Shown: piece after piece, positions 20,020-29,998 of the stretch | How positions within the stretch are numbered: position 1 is the first letter of the stretch | How the letters are laid out: each line of letters opens with the position of its first letter | Assembly: GCA_050998805.1 (NCBI GenBank) | Contig: JBPCPV010000029.1 | Coordinates: forward strand, 15,768 to 79,767 | DNA: 64,000 nt | Direction of reading: 5' to 3' | From: Chloroflexia bacterium | GTDB lineage: Bacteria > Chloroflexota > Chloroflexia > QHBQ01 > JAICKM01 | Translations under genes and position numbers: made by a program | Notes under the pieces: model-generated | What the model saw: the letters and a program-made list of their open reading frames with translations, nothing else | What the model was told of the DNA's origin: nothing | Databases searched by the model: none

Positions 20020-20063
20020 CACTCCGCACCCGTCAATCCGCACTCCGCACTCCGCACTCCGCC
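20020..20063. repeat. heptanucleotide tandem repeats CGCACTC (about 5 units)
   Basis: cgcactccgcacccgtcaatccgcactccgcactccgcactccgcc immediately upstream of a TTGACA box and the tRNA-Sec candidate. Confidence 0.7.
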
Positions 20064-20123
20064 TTGACAGACCCCGGCCCGGTCAGTTATCCTAGATGCA
20101 CGCCGCGCCGCGAGGCGCAGCGG

Positions 20124-20218
20124 GGGGGTGGTTGGGTCCCGGTGGGCTCCGCAGTCTTCAAAACTGTCCGGGTGTCGCTAAGAACGGCATCGGTGGGTTC
20201 GACTCCCATGCACTCCCG
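20124..20218 (+). tRNA. selC: selenocysteine tRNA candidate (anticodon UCA), 95 nt
   Basis: hand-folded: 8-nt acceptor 20124-20131 pairs with 20210-20217 (7 of 8, one G-U); 6-bp D-stem with 4-nt loop (20134-20149); anticodon stem GCAGT/ACTGT with loop CTTCAAA (anticodon TCA 20158-20160); long variable arm (7-bp stem, 20171-20191); T-arm GTGGG-TTCGACT-CCCAT; discriminator G 20218. Confidence 0.6.
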
Positions 20219-20248
20219 CCCCCTAAGAACAATGCAAAGGACAAGAAA

Positions 20249-21016
20249 ATGAATGAGGAAGAAAAGCATTTCGACTATGAGGGGCTGGGCAAGAAACTGC
20301 TGGCATACTGCCGGAAGTATTCTATACCCCCGCAGCACATCTTCGATATCCTCAATGACCAAAAAGTGATCCCCATGCTGCGCGGCAAAGGGTTGGAATA
20401 CAGCCTTAGTCTAGTTCTACCTACAGTCCTCGATGCGGCTGCCTGGCAAGTAAACAAACTGAACCGCAATGCCCAGCCGGGCATACCAGACGAGGATCTC
20501 GAAGTTATTCACAAGCGCACTGGGATCCGGCTCGTGGTCGAGTCTAAAAGTGCAGTGCGCGGCTCAATGACGCTGGGCACTCGTTCTCGGACCCACAAAG
20601 TGCCTCACTTCAAGGTCAAATGCCATCGGAGCCGGAGCAACAAGAAGCTCGAAACAAATGACCGCTACGCGGAGACGGCTTTTGATGTGCTGGTGAGCAA
20701 TCCCACAAACGCTCTCTATGCTGGCGCAACAATCGGGGAAGAACTGGAGCTAATAGACGATGCTGCGCTTATCGAAGCACTCATGCAGTACTACAATGCA
20801 GCAGGTACGTCAACTCTAGTGGAAGCTGCTGCTGCTGATTGGCGCTTCGTGCTCCCGCCTCGAATTGCTGTGGACGGGTTCATCCCGCGGACACCGGTTG
20901 TTCTGCTGACCGGCGACCCGAACTGGCAACCGCTAAATCAGCTGGAAACCCAACTAACGGCAGTTGTACAGCAACAGGCTGATGCGCGACGGCGGCCGGG
21001 TCATAGCTCAAAATAA
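20249..21016 (+). CDS. putative type II restriction endonuclease (PD-(D/E)xK-like) partner of the Dam-family MTase
   Basis: 256 aa in a low-GC segment, convergent with and overlapping the MTase 3' end; candidate motif ...PDEDLEV...VVESK; no strong family match recognisable by eye. Confidence 0.4.
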   Translation: MNEEEKHFDYEGLGKKLLAYCRKYSIPPQHIFDILNDQKVIPMLRGKGLEYSLSLVLPTVLDAAAWQVNKLNRNAQPGIPDEDLEVIHKRTGIRLVVESKSAVRGSMTLGTRSRTHKVPHFKVKCHRSRSNKKLETNDRYAETAFDVLVSNPTNALYAGATIGEELELIDDAALIEALMQYYNAAGTSTLVEAAAADWRFVLPPRIAVDGFIPRTPVVLLTGDPNWQPLNQLETQLTAVVQQQADARRRPGHSSK

Positions 21017-21848
21017 ACACTTCCCGCCCCATGTAACGTTTGCCTCGGTCGGTCGTCTTTTTGGTCTGATCATCCGTCCGGTTGATCGTGTAGTTCCACT
21101 CTTTGTCCAGCATGGCCGCCGCCCACTGATACAAGGCGCGGACTTCGGGGCTGTTGTCATACGTAAGCAGGAAGGAGAGGCGGTGGCTGTGCGTGTGCAA
21201 AACCTCAGCCAGACGCAGATGATCTGCGCGTGTGAAGCTGTAAGTGTAAAACTTGTCCTGATCCGCATTAAAGTAGGGCGGGTCTACGAACAAGAACGCT
21301 CCGTCAGGAGCCTGCTCGATGGTTTGGGCGAAATCCGCACAGGTGATCTGCACATCCTGTAACTTGGCCGAGCAGCGCCGTAGATGACCCGGCCAATTCT
21401 TCGGCTGCATACTGTAAATGTCACCATACCCCCAATAGCAGTTAGGCGCGTTCATAATCCCCGAATAGCTGGTCCGGTTAAGATAGTACCACCGAAAGGC
21501 GCGTTCAAGTTCGTTCGTCGGCCTATACACATTCTTGTAGTAAGTATGATTTTCTTTACTGGCCCCGATCCCATCCAGCAAGGCAATCAATTCCTCCACA
21601 TGATCCCTTATGTGGATATAGCAATTGACGAGTTCGGGATCTGCGTCGTTTAGGAGGTTTGTTGCAGCCTTGCTTTTGGCGAAAAAGATCGAACCGCCCC
21701 CGGCAAATGGCTCTGCATAGTAGCTGTGCGGAATCATTTGCTCCAAAATTAGCTTACGAGCGTAGAACTTACCGCCCGCGTAGCGAAACGGCGAATTGAT
21801 AGGCACCCTATCAACGGTTGCTCCCTTAGGCTGGGTTCCGATCGGCAT
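20880..21848 (-). CDS. Dam-family (D12 class) N6-adenine DNA methyltransferase
   Basis: FRYAGGK, EPFAGGGS (SAM binding) and DPPY catalytic motif; the GC-rich C-terminal ~40 codons are probably read-through past the real C-terminus. Confidence 0.8.
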   Translation of the reverse strand: MPIGTQPKGATVDRVPINSPFRYAGGKFYARKLILEQMIPHSYYAEPFAGGGSIFFAKSKAATNLLNDADPELVNCYIHIRDHVEELIALLDGIGASKENHTYYKNVYRPTNELERAFRWYYLNRTSYSGIMNAPNCYWGYGDIYSMQPKNWPGHLRRCSAKLQDVQITCADFAQTIEQAPDGAFLFVDPPYFNADQDKFYTYSFTRADHLRLAEVLHTHSHRLSFLLTYDNSPEVRALYQWAAAMLDKEWNYTINRTDDQTKKTTDRGKRYMGREVFILSYDPAAVAHQPVAVQLPLVGFPADLAVASSGRRSAEQPVSAG

Positions 21849-21871
21849 CGTTGTGTACTCCCGGACGATCT

Positions 21872-22135
21872 TTAGCGTTGAGTACTTGTAGCGTTAGCAG
21901 GCTCGATTACCTCGCCCAAACTGTAAACTGGGCTAAGTTCCTTTAGCACGGAAGCAAAATCCTGGCGCTGTGTCTCGTTATTGAGCAACTCTATGAAGTC
22001 CTCGAAACTCAGCACAACAGCCTGCGGTGTGCCGCGCCGTTTGACAATGTAGCGCGTGCGCGTACGCACCACATCATCGAGGACCTGCCCGAAGTTGTTC
22101 TGTGCATCAGTTGAGCTGACAGTCTTGGTAGCCAT
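21872..22135 (-). CDS. Phd/YefM-family antitoxin-like protein (orphan, no toxin gene adjacent)
   Basis: 87 aa; TDAQNNFGQVLDDVV...IVKRRGTPQAVVLSFEDFIELLN matches the YefM/Phd pattern; sits directly upstream of the MTase. Confidence 0.65.
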   Translation of the reverse strand: MATKTVSSTDAQNNFGQVLDDVVRTRTRYIVKRRGTPQAVVLSFEDFIELLNNETQRQDFASVLKELSPVYSLGEVIEPANATSTQR

Positions 22136-22225
22136 CCATCTTATCCAATCTAGCTAACTTAGCTATATTATAGCAGACGTTAGGCGTTCTGTCAATACCT
22201 TTCTCCCGGCAAAACAGCTCGCCCT

Positions 22226-23773
22226 CTACTTGTGTACCGGCGTGAAGAGGTCGGCCAGCCGGTGCGCTGTGAGATTTCTCCCTTCCGACACGATCAGCCA
22301 ATCACCGGCGATTGCCACTCTCCTATAGCCGCCAGCCCTCGGTCCTAACAGCCGCATCGGAATGCGATCAGTCAGTTTCATTCCCCAGACTTCTCCATTG
22401 AGACCCCCAGCGTAAGCCGTCCAAACGACGGTGTTACCACGGATCGCTGCGCTGGATCCCTTCCCGCCGGGCAGAGGCGTTGTAGCCCCGGTGTCGAGGT
22501 TGATGAGCAGAGTAGGGTTGGGAGAGTCAGCCCACACCAAATAATGGCCCGAGAGTATGGAAGACCCGAAAAGAGCGCACTGGCCTGTCGTTTGCTGCGC
22601 GGCGGTTTGTACCTGGCCGGTCGAGCGCCTTAGGTAATGGAGGTCGCAATCCAGTCCAGCACCGTATTCAGTCCAGGCAAAGTATTCATCACTGACAGCA
22701 ATGCCGTATCCAGCTGGCCGAGCAGAAGCGACGACGCTGGTCGTATTGGTATCAAGGTCTTTCATAACCAAGCGGGTATTTGGTCCGCTGTCCTCAAACC
22801 ACGCGACGGTTCTGCCGACGATAGTAGGGGCGAAATCCCCCAAAGCGATGGTGAAGGTAATCCCGGTGTCGAGGTCTTCCCCCAGGACGGCACCATTTCC
22901 ATCTGCCCAGACGATTGTAGAGCCTGAAACCGAGTAAGAGAGATATACAACCGACCGGTTAGCAGCTATGGGTTTGGTGTGCTGGCTATTACGAACGTCT
23001 ACAGCGTAGAGTTTCTCATTCGGATGCTCGCTGTATGGAGAGTCTTCTATCCAAGCCAAATAGGTGTTCGACCCGACAGGCCCGCCCTGTGCCAGCCCCT
23101 GTTCCGCCGGCGGCGGAAGCGTCACCGTGCCGTAGCGTGTGCGCTGCTGGTACGTGCCGAGCTGGGTCAGCAGCACTTCGTATGGCGTGCCGGCGTTTTC
23201 GGGGTGTAGCTCGAACGCGGCGCGCTCGAAATATTGTACGGTGTAGGGCTTGTTGTCGAGGTCGCTGACCTCGGTGAACTCATCGGAGATCGGGTAGCCC
23301 TGCTGGGCGAGTCCGCCGTGAGCCTCCCAGTAGCGCCGGAAGAAGCCGCCGACGGTGTGGCCAGTCTGTGGGAAGTAGCGCGGTGCCTCGGACGATGCGT
23401 GCTGGTCGGGAGCGCCGTCGGGACCGTAGTACTCTCGGTAGCGGTAGTCGCCAAGCAGCGACGGCAGTACCTCGAACGGGGTGCCTGCGTTCTCAGGGTG
23501 GGATTCGAGGACGGCGCGCTCGAAGTACTGGACGGTGTAAGGCTGTCCGTCAGTATCCGAGGTTTCGATGAGGGGGTCGCTGATGGGGTAGCCGAGTTGG
23601 GTGAGGCCGCCGTGGGACTGCCAGAAGGAGAGGAAGCTGCCTGAGACTGTGTGGCCGGTTTCGGGGAAGGTGCGGGAGGCAGGTTGGGCCGTAGCCGGAG
23701 GGACCGAGGCCGGTGGGAGCGCCAACAGCGCGAGCAGCAGCAACGTTCTCGTACGGCCAAAGCAAAGAGCCAT
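22226..23773 (-). CDS. secreted protein with two LGFP-like repeats and a C-terminal beta-propeller-like repeat region
   Basis: signal peptide MALCFGRTRTLLLLALLAL (RBS aaggagg); duplicated ~70-aa unit ...FWQSHGGLTQLGYPISD...YTVQYFERAVLE...; start set at the signal-peptide Met rather than the longer track ORF. Confidence 0.5.
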   Translation of the reverse strand: MALCFGRTRTLLLLALLALPPASVPPATAQPASRTFPETGHTVSGSFLSFWQSHGGLTQLGYPISDPLIETSDTDGQPYTVQYFERAVLESHPENAGTPFEVLPSLLGDYRYREYYGPDGAPDQHASSEAPRYFPQTGHTVGGFFRRYWEAHGGLAQQGYPISDEFTEVSDLDNKPYTVQYFERAAFELHPENAGTPYEVLLTQLGTYQQRTRYGTVTLPPPAEQGLAQGGPVGSNTYLAWIEDSPYSEHPNEKLYAVDVRNSQHTKPIAANRSVVYLSYSVSGSTIVWADGNGAVLGEDLDTGITFTIALGDFAPTIVGRTVAWFEDSGPNTRLVMKDLDTNTTSVVASARPAGYGIAVSDEYFAWTEYGAGLDCDLHYLRRSTGQVQTAAQQTTGQCALFGSSILSGHYLVWADSPNPTLLINLDTGATTPLPGGKGSSAAIRGNTVVWTAYAGGLNGEVWGMKLTDRIPMRLLGPRAGGYRRVAIAGDWLIVSEGRNLTAHRLADLFTPVHK

Positions 23774-23825
23774 ATCCAACCGAGGGCCTCCTTGCCTAAT
23801 AATACCCCCATAGCCGCACGCGGGT

Positions 23826-24740
23826 TCACAGCCCCGCGAACAGATCGCGCTCCCGCTTGCGTCCAGACGGCGGCAGGGCACGGGTGAACTGCTCGCGGCC
23901 CATCAGCAGGCGGCGCATCGGGCGCGGCAGCCGCATCAACCCCGCCATGCCCCCCAACTGGCTCGCGTGACAGAGGCGAGCGCGGTCCATCTGCTCGGTC
24001 CACGCGCCGCAGGCGACGACCGCCGTCACCGGCGTCGCCTCCTCCACCACGCGCACGAGGTCCACATCTGCGTTCTCTCCGAACCGTCGCGGGTCGCGCC
24101 TCAGCAGGCGCATCATGGCGACTGAGAGCCGAAGGAAGCCTGTGCCGAGCGTCGAGTAGTAGAGCTTGGCTGGTCGCCAGGGGGATAGTCCGGCGGCGAT
24201 CTGTTCGGGATAGAGCACGGGGTCTGCGGCGGCGTCGAAGGCCGGGCCGACAGCCTGGTGGATATAGATGTGGTCCGGGTGGCCGTAGCCGCCGTATGGA
24301 GGGAAGGTGAGCACGACCTGCGGCCGCAGCGCGCGTATCAGCGCGACCACCTGCCCCGTGACCTGCCGGAGAGGTGCCTGCACCAGCGCGGCAGGGTTGG
24401 CGTTGTCGGGAGAACCCGGCATGCCCGAGTCGCGGTAGCCGAGGTAATGCACCGCCCGCAGCCCTAGCGCCCGCGCCGCGCAGTCCAGCTCCGCCGTCCG
24501 CAGCGCGCCTATGTCGGCATGGCCTTCGAGGAAGCCGGGTGCCACGGTGCCGCACTCGCCGCGTGTGGCGCAAGCGTAATGCACGTCCACGCCCTCCGCC
24601 GCATAGCGGGCGATGGTCCCCGCGTTGCCGAAGCTCTCGTCGTCAGGGTGCGCGTACACGACGAGCAGCCTCAGCTCCGCTGCCGGTTCGCCGAACCAAT
24701 GCGATTCGATGCCGTACTCTGAGAAGTCGGGTCTGTTCAT
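23826..24740 (-). CDS. PIG-L/LmbE-family N-acetylglucosaminyl deacetylase
   Basis: VVYAHPDDESFG and HPDH motifs of the PIG-L family. Confidence 0.75.
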   Translation of the reverse strand: MNRPDFSEYGIESHWFGEPAAELRLLVVYAHPDDESFGNAGTIARYAAEGVDVHYACATRGECGTVAPGFLEGHADIGALRTAELDCAARALGLRAVHYLGYRDSGMPGSPDNANPAALVQAPLRQVTGQVVALIRALRPQVVLTFPPYGGYGHPDHIYIHQAVGPAFDAAADPVLYPEQIAAGLSPWRPAKLYYSTLGTGFLRLSVAMMRLLRRDPRRFGENADVDLVRVVEEATPVTAVVACGAWTEQMDRARLCHASQLGGMAGLMRLPRPMRRLLMGREQFTRALPPSGRKRERDLFAGL

Positions 24741-24868
24741 GGGCGTATTATAGCACGGGCGCGAGCTTTCAGCTTTCGTGTTTTTCGTGGATCGGCTTAA
24801 TACGGCTGTGGACCGATGTGGAGAGGCGCTCGGATCGGGTAGTATATAGATAAGGAGGGTGAGATTAA

Positions 24869-26614
24869 GTGCAGATCAGCGTAAAACAGCAAGGCTCATT
24901 GCTCGTCACGTACCTGCGCCCGCAGAAGCGCAAGGTCGGGCTGCTGGCTGCGCTGCTTTTCGGCAACATCGGCCTACAGCTCGTCAACCCGCAGATATTG
25001 CGCGGCTTCCTCGACGCCGCCCTCGCCGGCAGGCCGCTCGATGCGCTGGTCTGGGCGGGCGTGGCCTTCGTGGTCATCGCGCTGCTCGCGCAGTTGGCCG
25101 CGGTGGCCGAGACCTACGTCGCTGAGGATGTCGGCTGGACGGCCACGAACCGGCTGCGGGCCGACCTGACCGCCCACCTCCTGCGGCTCGATATGGGCTT
25201 CCACAACGCCCGCACCCCCGGCGAACTCCTCGAACGGGTGGACGGCGACGTGACCGCGCTATCGAACTTCCTCTCCCGCTTTGTGCTCATGCTGGCCGGC
25301 AACCTGCTGCTGCTGATCGGCGTGCTCGTCTTACTCTTCCGCGAAGATTGGCGCGCTGGCCTCGGCATGTCGGCCTTCGCGTGCGTCGCCGTTTTCGTCT
25401 TGAGCCGCAGTAGGCGGATCGGGGTCGAAGCCGCCGCCGGTGAGCGCCAGGCGAGCGCGGTGCTCTACGGCTTCATCGAGGAGCGGCTCTCCGGCCTCAA
25501 CGACATCCGCGCCAACGGTGCCGTGAACTATGTGATGCGCCGCCTCTATGAGCCGATGCGCGAGGTCTACAACAAGGGCCGCCGCGCCTTCATGTTGGAA
25601 TCGGTCATGGTGGTGATCAGCGTCGGCCTCTGGACCTTCGGCTACATGTTCGCACTGGCGATCGGCGCGTACCTCTACAAGGCCGGTGCCATCAGCCTCG
25701 GCACCGTCTACCTGCTCATCGCCTACACCGAGACACTGCGCCGCCCGCTCGACCAGATCACCGACCAGCTAAAGGAGTTCCAGAAGGCGACGGCAGGCAC
25801 GGCGCGCATCCAGGAGTTATACGCCACGACCAGCGCGATCAACGATGGGCCGGGGGCCGACCTGCCGTGCGGCCCGTTGTCGGTCGCGTTCGAGGATGTG
25901 GGCTTCGGCTACAAGGCCGGTGAGCCGGTGCTGCACGATGTCGGCTTCGCGCTCGGCGAGGGCCGTGTGCTTGGCGTTGTCGGGCGCACCGGCTCCGGCA
26001 AGACGACCCTCAGCCGCCTGCTGCTCCGCCTCTACGAGCCGACCTCCGGGCGGATCACCCTCGGCGGCGTGGACATACGCAGACTGAAGCTCGACTACCT
26101 GCGCGAGCATATCGGCGTGGTGACCCAAGATGTGCAGCTCTTCCGCGCCAGCGTCCGCGACAACCTCACGCTCTTCGACGACAGGATCGACGACGGGCGG
26201 ATAATCGCCGTCCTCTACGACCTCGGCCTCGGACGCTGGTATGAGCGCCTGCCCGACGGACTCGACAGCGAACTCGAGGCCGGGGGAGGAGGGCTGTCTG
26301 CCGGACAGGCCCAGCTGCTCGCCTTCGCCCGTGTCTTCTTGCGCGACCCCGGCCTGGTCATCCTCGACGAGGCTTCCTCGCGGCTCGACCCTGCGACCGA
26401 GCGACTGATCGAGCACGCTGTGGACCGGCTGCTCGACGGACGCACCGCGATCATCATCGCCCATCGCCTCGGCACGCTGGACCGCGCCGACGAGATACTC
26501 GTGCTCGACGGGGGGCGAATCCAGGAGTACGGCAGCCGCGCCGACTTCGTGCGCGACCCCGGCTCGCGCTTCTACCAACTGCTGCGGACCGCGCTCGAGG
26601 AGGTGGCGTCATGA
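24869..26614 (+). CDS. ABC transporter, fused permease/ATP-binding protein (type I exporter)
   Basis: six TM region + Walker [10 protein letters not shown], signature [13 protein letters not shown], Walker B ILDEASS; GTG start after aaggaggg. Confidence 0.85.
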   Translation: MQISVKQQGSLLVTYLRPQKRKVGLLAALLFGNIGLQLVNPQILRGFLDAALAGRPLDALVWAGVAFVVIALLAQLAAVAETYVAEDVGWTATNRLRADLTAHLLRLDMGFHNARTPGELLERVDGDVTALSNFLSRFVLMLAGNLLLLIGVLVLLFREDWRAGLGMSAFACVAVFVLSRSRRIGVEAAAGERQASAVLYGFIEERLSGLNDIRANGAVNYVMRRLYEPMREVYNKGRRAFMLESVMVVISVGLWTFGYMFALAIGAYLYKAGAISLGTVYLLIAYTETLRRPLDQITDQLKEFQKATAGTARIQELYATTSAINDGPGADLPCGPLSVAFEDVGFGYKAGEPVLHDVGFALGEGRVLGVVGRTGSGKTTLSRLLLRLYEPTSGRITLGGVDIRRLKLDYLREHIGVVTQDVQLFRASVRDNLTLFDDRIDDGRIIAVLYDLGLGRWYERLPDGLDSELEAGGGGLSAGQAQLLAFARVFLRDPGLVILDEASSRLDPATERLIEHAVDRLLDGRTAIIIAHRLGTLDRADEILVLDGGRIQEYGSRADFVRDPGSRFYQLLRTALEEVAS

Positions 26615-28413
26615 GCACCGGACGCTTGAGCTGGCGGCTAGCAGGCTACCGGCCCTGGATCTACCTGGTGAACCACATACTCTGGGCACTCTTCTTCATC
26701 GTGCCCCTGGCCTACGGCCTCGTGCTGAAGACCTTCTTCGACGTGCTCGCCGGGAAAGGGCCGTCTGGCTGGGATGTCTGGACGCTGATCGGGATTTTCC
26801 TGCTCGCCGAGGCTGTGCGTATGACCTCGTTCTGCGTGTCGCTCTACACGTTCGGTTTTTTCTGGTTCTCGGTGCAGTCGCTCTTGCGGAAGAACCTGCT
26901 GGCGCGGATCGTCGGTGGGCGTCACGCGCTGCCGGAATCGCCGGGCCAGGTGGTGAGCCGCTTCCGTGACGATGTGGAGGACGTAGCCGGCTACCTCGAT
27001 GTCTGGATCGACACGGTCTCGCAGGTGGTCTTCGCGGTCTTGGCGCTGATCGTTATGGTGCAGATCAACGCCTGGGTAGCGTTCGGCGTCTTCCTACCGC
27101 TCGTCACGGTGATCACCCTGGTGAACGCCTTCAGCGGGCGGATCAAGCGGCTCCGCTCCGACAGCCGCAAGGCAGGGGCGCGCGTTACCGGCTTCCTCGC
27201 CGAAATCTTCGGTGGGGTGCAGGCTGTCAAGATCGCAGGGGCCGAGAGCCGCACGGTCGGCCACTTTGCCGGCATCAACGAGGCCCGCCGCAGGGCTGCG
27301 CTCCGCGACAGCCTCTTCACCCAGATGCTCGAAACCTTCAACATGAACACCGCGAACCTGGCGACCGGCGCGGTCCTGATCCTCGCCGCAGGCAGCATGA
27401 GGAGCGGCGCGTTCAGCGTCGGCGACTTCGCTCTCTTCGTGAGCTACCTGACGACGAGCATGAGCCTGCCGCGCATCACGGGGCGGATGCTGGCCCGCCA
27501 CAAGCAGGCCGGAGTTGCCTTCGACCGCATGGCTATGCTCATCGGCGGCGCACCGGCGACCGCGCTGGTCGAGCACGGCCCCGTCTACTCCAGAGGCCCC
27601 TACCCCGAAGTGCCCTACACGCCTAAGACCGAGGCCGACCGCCTGTACAGCCTCGAAGCTGCCAGCCTTTCCTACCGCTACCCAGGCAGCACGCACGGAG
27701 TAGAAGGGATAGATCTGCGGGTGGGGCGTGGGCAGTTCGTGGTGATCACCGGGCGCGTGGGAGCGGGCAAGACCACGCTCTTGCAGACCCTGCTCGGCCT
27801 GCTCCCCTCTGACGCGGGCGAGATCCGCTGGAACGGCGAGGCGGTGAACGACCCTGCGGCCCTGCTAGTGCCTCCGCGCTGCGCCTACACTCCCCAGGTG
27901 CCCCGCCTGTTCAGCGAGTCGCTGCGGGACAACGTCCTCATGGGCCTGCCCGAAGATCGAGCCTCGCTCGATTTGGCGCTTTCCCTGGCGGTGCTCGACC
28001 GCGACGTGGCCGAAATGGAGCAAGGGCCGTCCACGCTGGTCGGCCCGCGCGGGGTGCGGCTCTCCGGCGGGCAGATGCAGCGGGTGGCGGCGGCGCGCAT
28101 GTTCGTCCGCGACCCCGAGCTGATAGTCTGCGACGACCTCTCCAGCGCCCTCGATGTGGAGACCGAGCGAATACTCTGGGAGGGGCTTTTCGCGCACGGC
28201 GAGGCGACCTGCCTGGTGGTTTCCCACCGCCGCGCCGCCCTGCGCCGGGCCGACCGGATCATCGTCCTGAAAGACGGGCGGATCGAAGCCGAAGGCAAGC
28301 TGGACGATCTGCTTGCTGGCTGCGAGGAGATGCGGCGGCTCTGGGCCGGCGAGACCGAGCCGGATGCCGAGGCCGAAGAGTTGCGGGTGCCTGAGGCTTA
28401 CGCCGTTCGCTGA
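26611..28413 (+). CDS. ABC transporter, fused permease/ATP-binding protein (heterodimer partner)
   Basis: TM domain + [31 protein letters not shown]; start overlaps the upstream stop (ATGA). Confidence 0.85.
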   Translation: MSTGRLSWRLAGYRPWIYLVNHILWALFFIVPLAYGLVLKTFFDVLAGKGPSGWDVWTLIGIFLLAEAVRMTSFCVSLYTFGFFWFSVQSLLRKNLLARIVGGRHALPESPGQVVSRFRDDVEDVAGYLDVWIDTVSQVVFAVLALIVMVQINAWVAFGVFLPLVTVITLVNAFSGRIKRLRSDSRKAGARVTGFLAEIFGGVQAVKIAGAESRTVGHFAGINEARRRAALRDSLFTQMLETFNMNTANLATGAVLILAAGSMRSGAFSVGDFALFVSYLTTSMSLPRITGRMLARHKQAGVAFDRMAMLIGGAPATALVEHGPVYSRGPYPEVPYTPKTEADRLYSLEAASLSYRYPGSTHGVEGIDLRVGRGQFVVITGRVGAGKTTLLQTLLGLLPSDAGEIRWNGEAVNDPAALLVPPRCAYTPQVPRLFSESLRDNVLMGLPEDRASLDLALSLAVLDRDVAEMEQGPSTLVGPRGVRLSGGQMQRVAAARMFVRDPELIVCDDLSSALDVETERILWEGLFAHGEATCLVVSHRRAALRRADRIIVLKDGRIEAEGKLDDLLAGCEEMRRLWAGETEPDAEAEELRVPEAYAVR

Positions 28414-28420
28414 TCTGGTG

Positions 28421-28483
28421 TATAATGGGGCATCCGGCTGGGCAATATGAAGCCTGCCGGGTGCTTTTCATTTTCTTTTGAGA
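28421..28483 (+). promoter_or_regulatory. extended -10 promoter-like element (TGtTATAAT) followed by an imperfect GC hairpin and a U-rich tract in front of the NERD gene; either the ABC-operon terminator or a leader/attenuator
   Basis: tgtataat at 28419-28426; hairpin ccggctgg...cctgccgg then tgcttttcattttctttt. Confidence 0.35.
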
Positions 28484-28493
28484 GAGGACGGCT

Positions 28494-29990
28494 ATGGCTA
28501 AGATATACATCGGCAACTATGAAGCCGCCGATAAGGGTTTGTTGGAGGCGCTTCGTCGCTTGGGAGACTCGTATCACGTTTTTGTCGAGTTTCAGATACC
28601 GAACCCGCGCGGGCAGCGCCAGGTTGACTTCCTGGTTATCCGAGAGGACCAGGCGCGGCCCTGCATCTTCATGCTCGAGGTGAAGAATGAGCGCCACCGG
28701 CTACGCGGCACGATCAACGGGCCGTGGGAGTATGAAGAGACGGCGGGCGCGTGGCGGCCGCTGCCTGCGTCGAACCCGCGCGACCAGAACCCGATTCAAC
28801 AGGCGTATAACACCGCCCGCGCCATGCAGGCGTGGTTGAGTAGTATGCGCTCGCTGATCCAGGACGGCGACAACCTCTGGCCCGACATCCCCACGGTCTT
28901 CCCGCGCCTTGTCCTGCCGGTTGCCCACGGCGACAATCAGTTGCAGACCGACAGCTTCACCTGGCGCTTCGACAGCTATGAGCGTTGTGTGGAGAGCCTG
29001 AACAACTTCGTCGCGCGCGACCCGGTCTACCTGCGGCCGAGCGAGATCGAGCGGATGGCACATTACCTCGGCGTGCAGCGTCAGCCGGACGCCCCGGCGG
29101 TCGAGGAGCCGGAGATCGGCGAATGGCTGCGGACCCACTACGAGAAGCTCATGGACGAGATCACAGCCTTGCGGCAGGAGGTGCGAGAGCTACGCGCGCT
29201 GGTGAGCAACCGCCCTCCGGCCATTCAGATGCATCAGCGCGTCATCGGCCACTCCGCGCGGTTGTTCGGCCCGCCGCCGGAGCCGACCAGCGACCTGGGC
29301 CAGGCTTACAGGGCGCTCGCCGATGTGGTACACGACCTGGCTGCCGTAGGCCGCAAACTGGTCTTTCCGAACGTGCAGGAGGGTCTGTGGCGGCGGCTTG
29401 GCGAGTTCAACGTCGAGCAGTACGGCTTTTTCAAGTTCAAGGAGTTTCTCCAAGAGGCTGAGAGACGCGGTGTCGTCAGCCTCAGCATGGTGGACGGCGT
29501 GGACTATGTGTCGCTGCCCGGTGAGCAGCCGCAGGCGCTTCCGGGCAGCGCGCCGATCAGCCTCGAAGACCTCACGCCCCAGGAGCGCAACCTCTTCTTG
29601 GAGTCCACCGCCGAGCTGGAGGCGCGTAGCGCCTACATGATCCGCTCGTTCATTGCTCGGCACCTGACTGTGGCCGCGATCTTGCCGCTGCCGATGTATG
29701 AGATACGCGCGCTGGTGAACGATGCCGTGAACCGAGGGCTGTTCCATCGGGGCACGCGCCCCTTCCGCCACCCGACCACCGGTGAGATGCAGAGCCTCGA
29801 AACCCTGACTCTGGACCGCAACCACCCCTGGGTGGCCGAGGCGCTCGGCGAACAGCCGTTGCCCGACGCCGAGAACGAGGACGCCGAACAGGATGCGAAC
29901 CTGCGGCTCGACTCCGGTGGCTGGGACGCTGATTACGGAGCGGAGAACGGCCATGTCCGCGACATCTACGCCGACCCGCACGCCTTCTAG
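28494..29990 (+). CDS. NERD (nuclease-related domain) protein with C-terminal OST-HTH/LOTUS-like RNA-binding domain
   Basis: N-term YHVFVEFQIPNPRGQRQVDFLVIREDQARPCIFMLEVKN fits NERD; central coiled coil; C-terminal ...LWRRLGEFNVEQYGFFKFKEFLQEAERRGVVSL resembles OST-HTH. Confidence 0.55.
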   Translation: MAKIYIGNYEAADKGLLEALRRLGDSYHVFVEFQIPNPRGQRQVDFLVIREDQARPCIFMLEVKNERHRLRGTINGPWEYEETAGAWRPLPASNPRDQNPIQQAYNTARAMQAWLSSMRSLIQDGDNLWPDIPTVFPRLVLPVAHGDNQLQTDSFTWRFDSYERCVESLNNFVARDPVYLRPSEIERMAHYLGVQRQPDAPAVEEPEIGEWLRTHYEKLMDEITALRQEVRELRALVSNRPPAIQMHQRVIGHSARLFGPPPEPTSDLGQAYRALADVVHDLAAVGRKLVFPNVQEGLWRRLGEFNVEQYGFFKFKEFLQEAERRGVVSLSMVDGVDYVSLPGEQPQALPGSAPISLEDLTPQERNLFLESTAELEARSAYMIRSFIARHLTVAAILPLPMYEIRALVNDAVNRGLFHRGTRPFRHPTTGEMQSLETLTLDRNHPWVAEALGEQPLPDAENEDAEQDANLRLDSGGWDADYGAENGHVRDIYADPHAF

Positions 29991-29998
29991 CCCGTCCG

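Noticed and set aside
20100-20235. tmRNA (ssrA) 3' end
   Set aside because: The T-arm/acceptor-like element here completes a compact 95-nt cloverleaf with a UCA anticodon; no tag-peptide ORF or pseudoknot region follows the tmRNA pattern, so tRNA-Sec is the better explanation.
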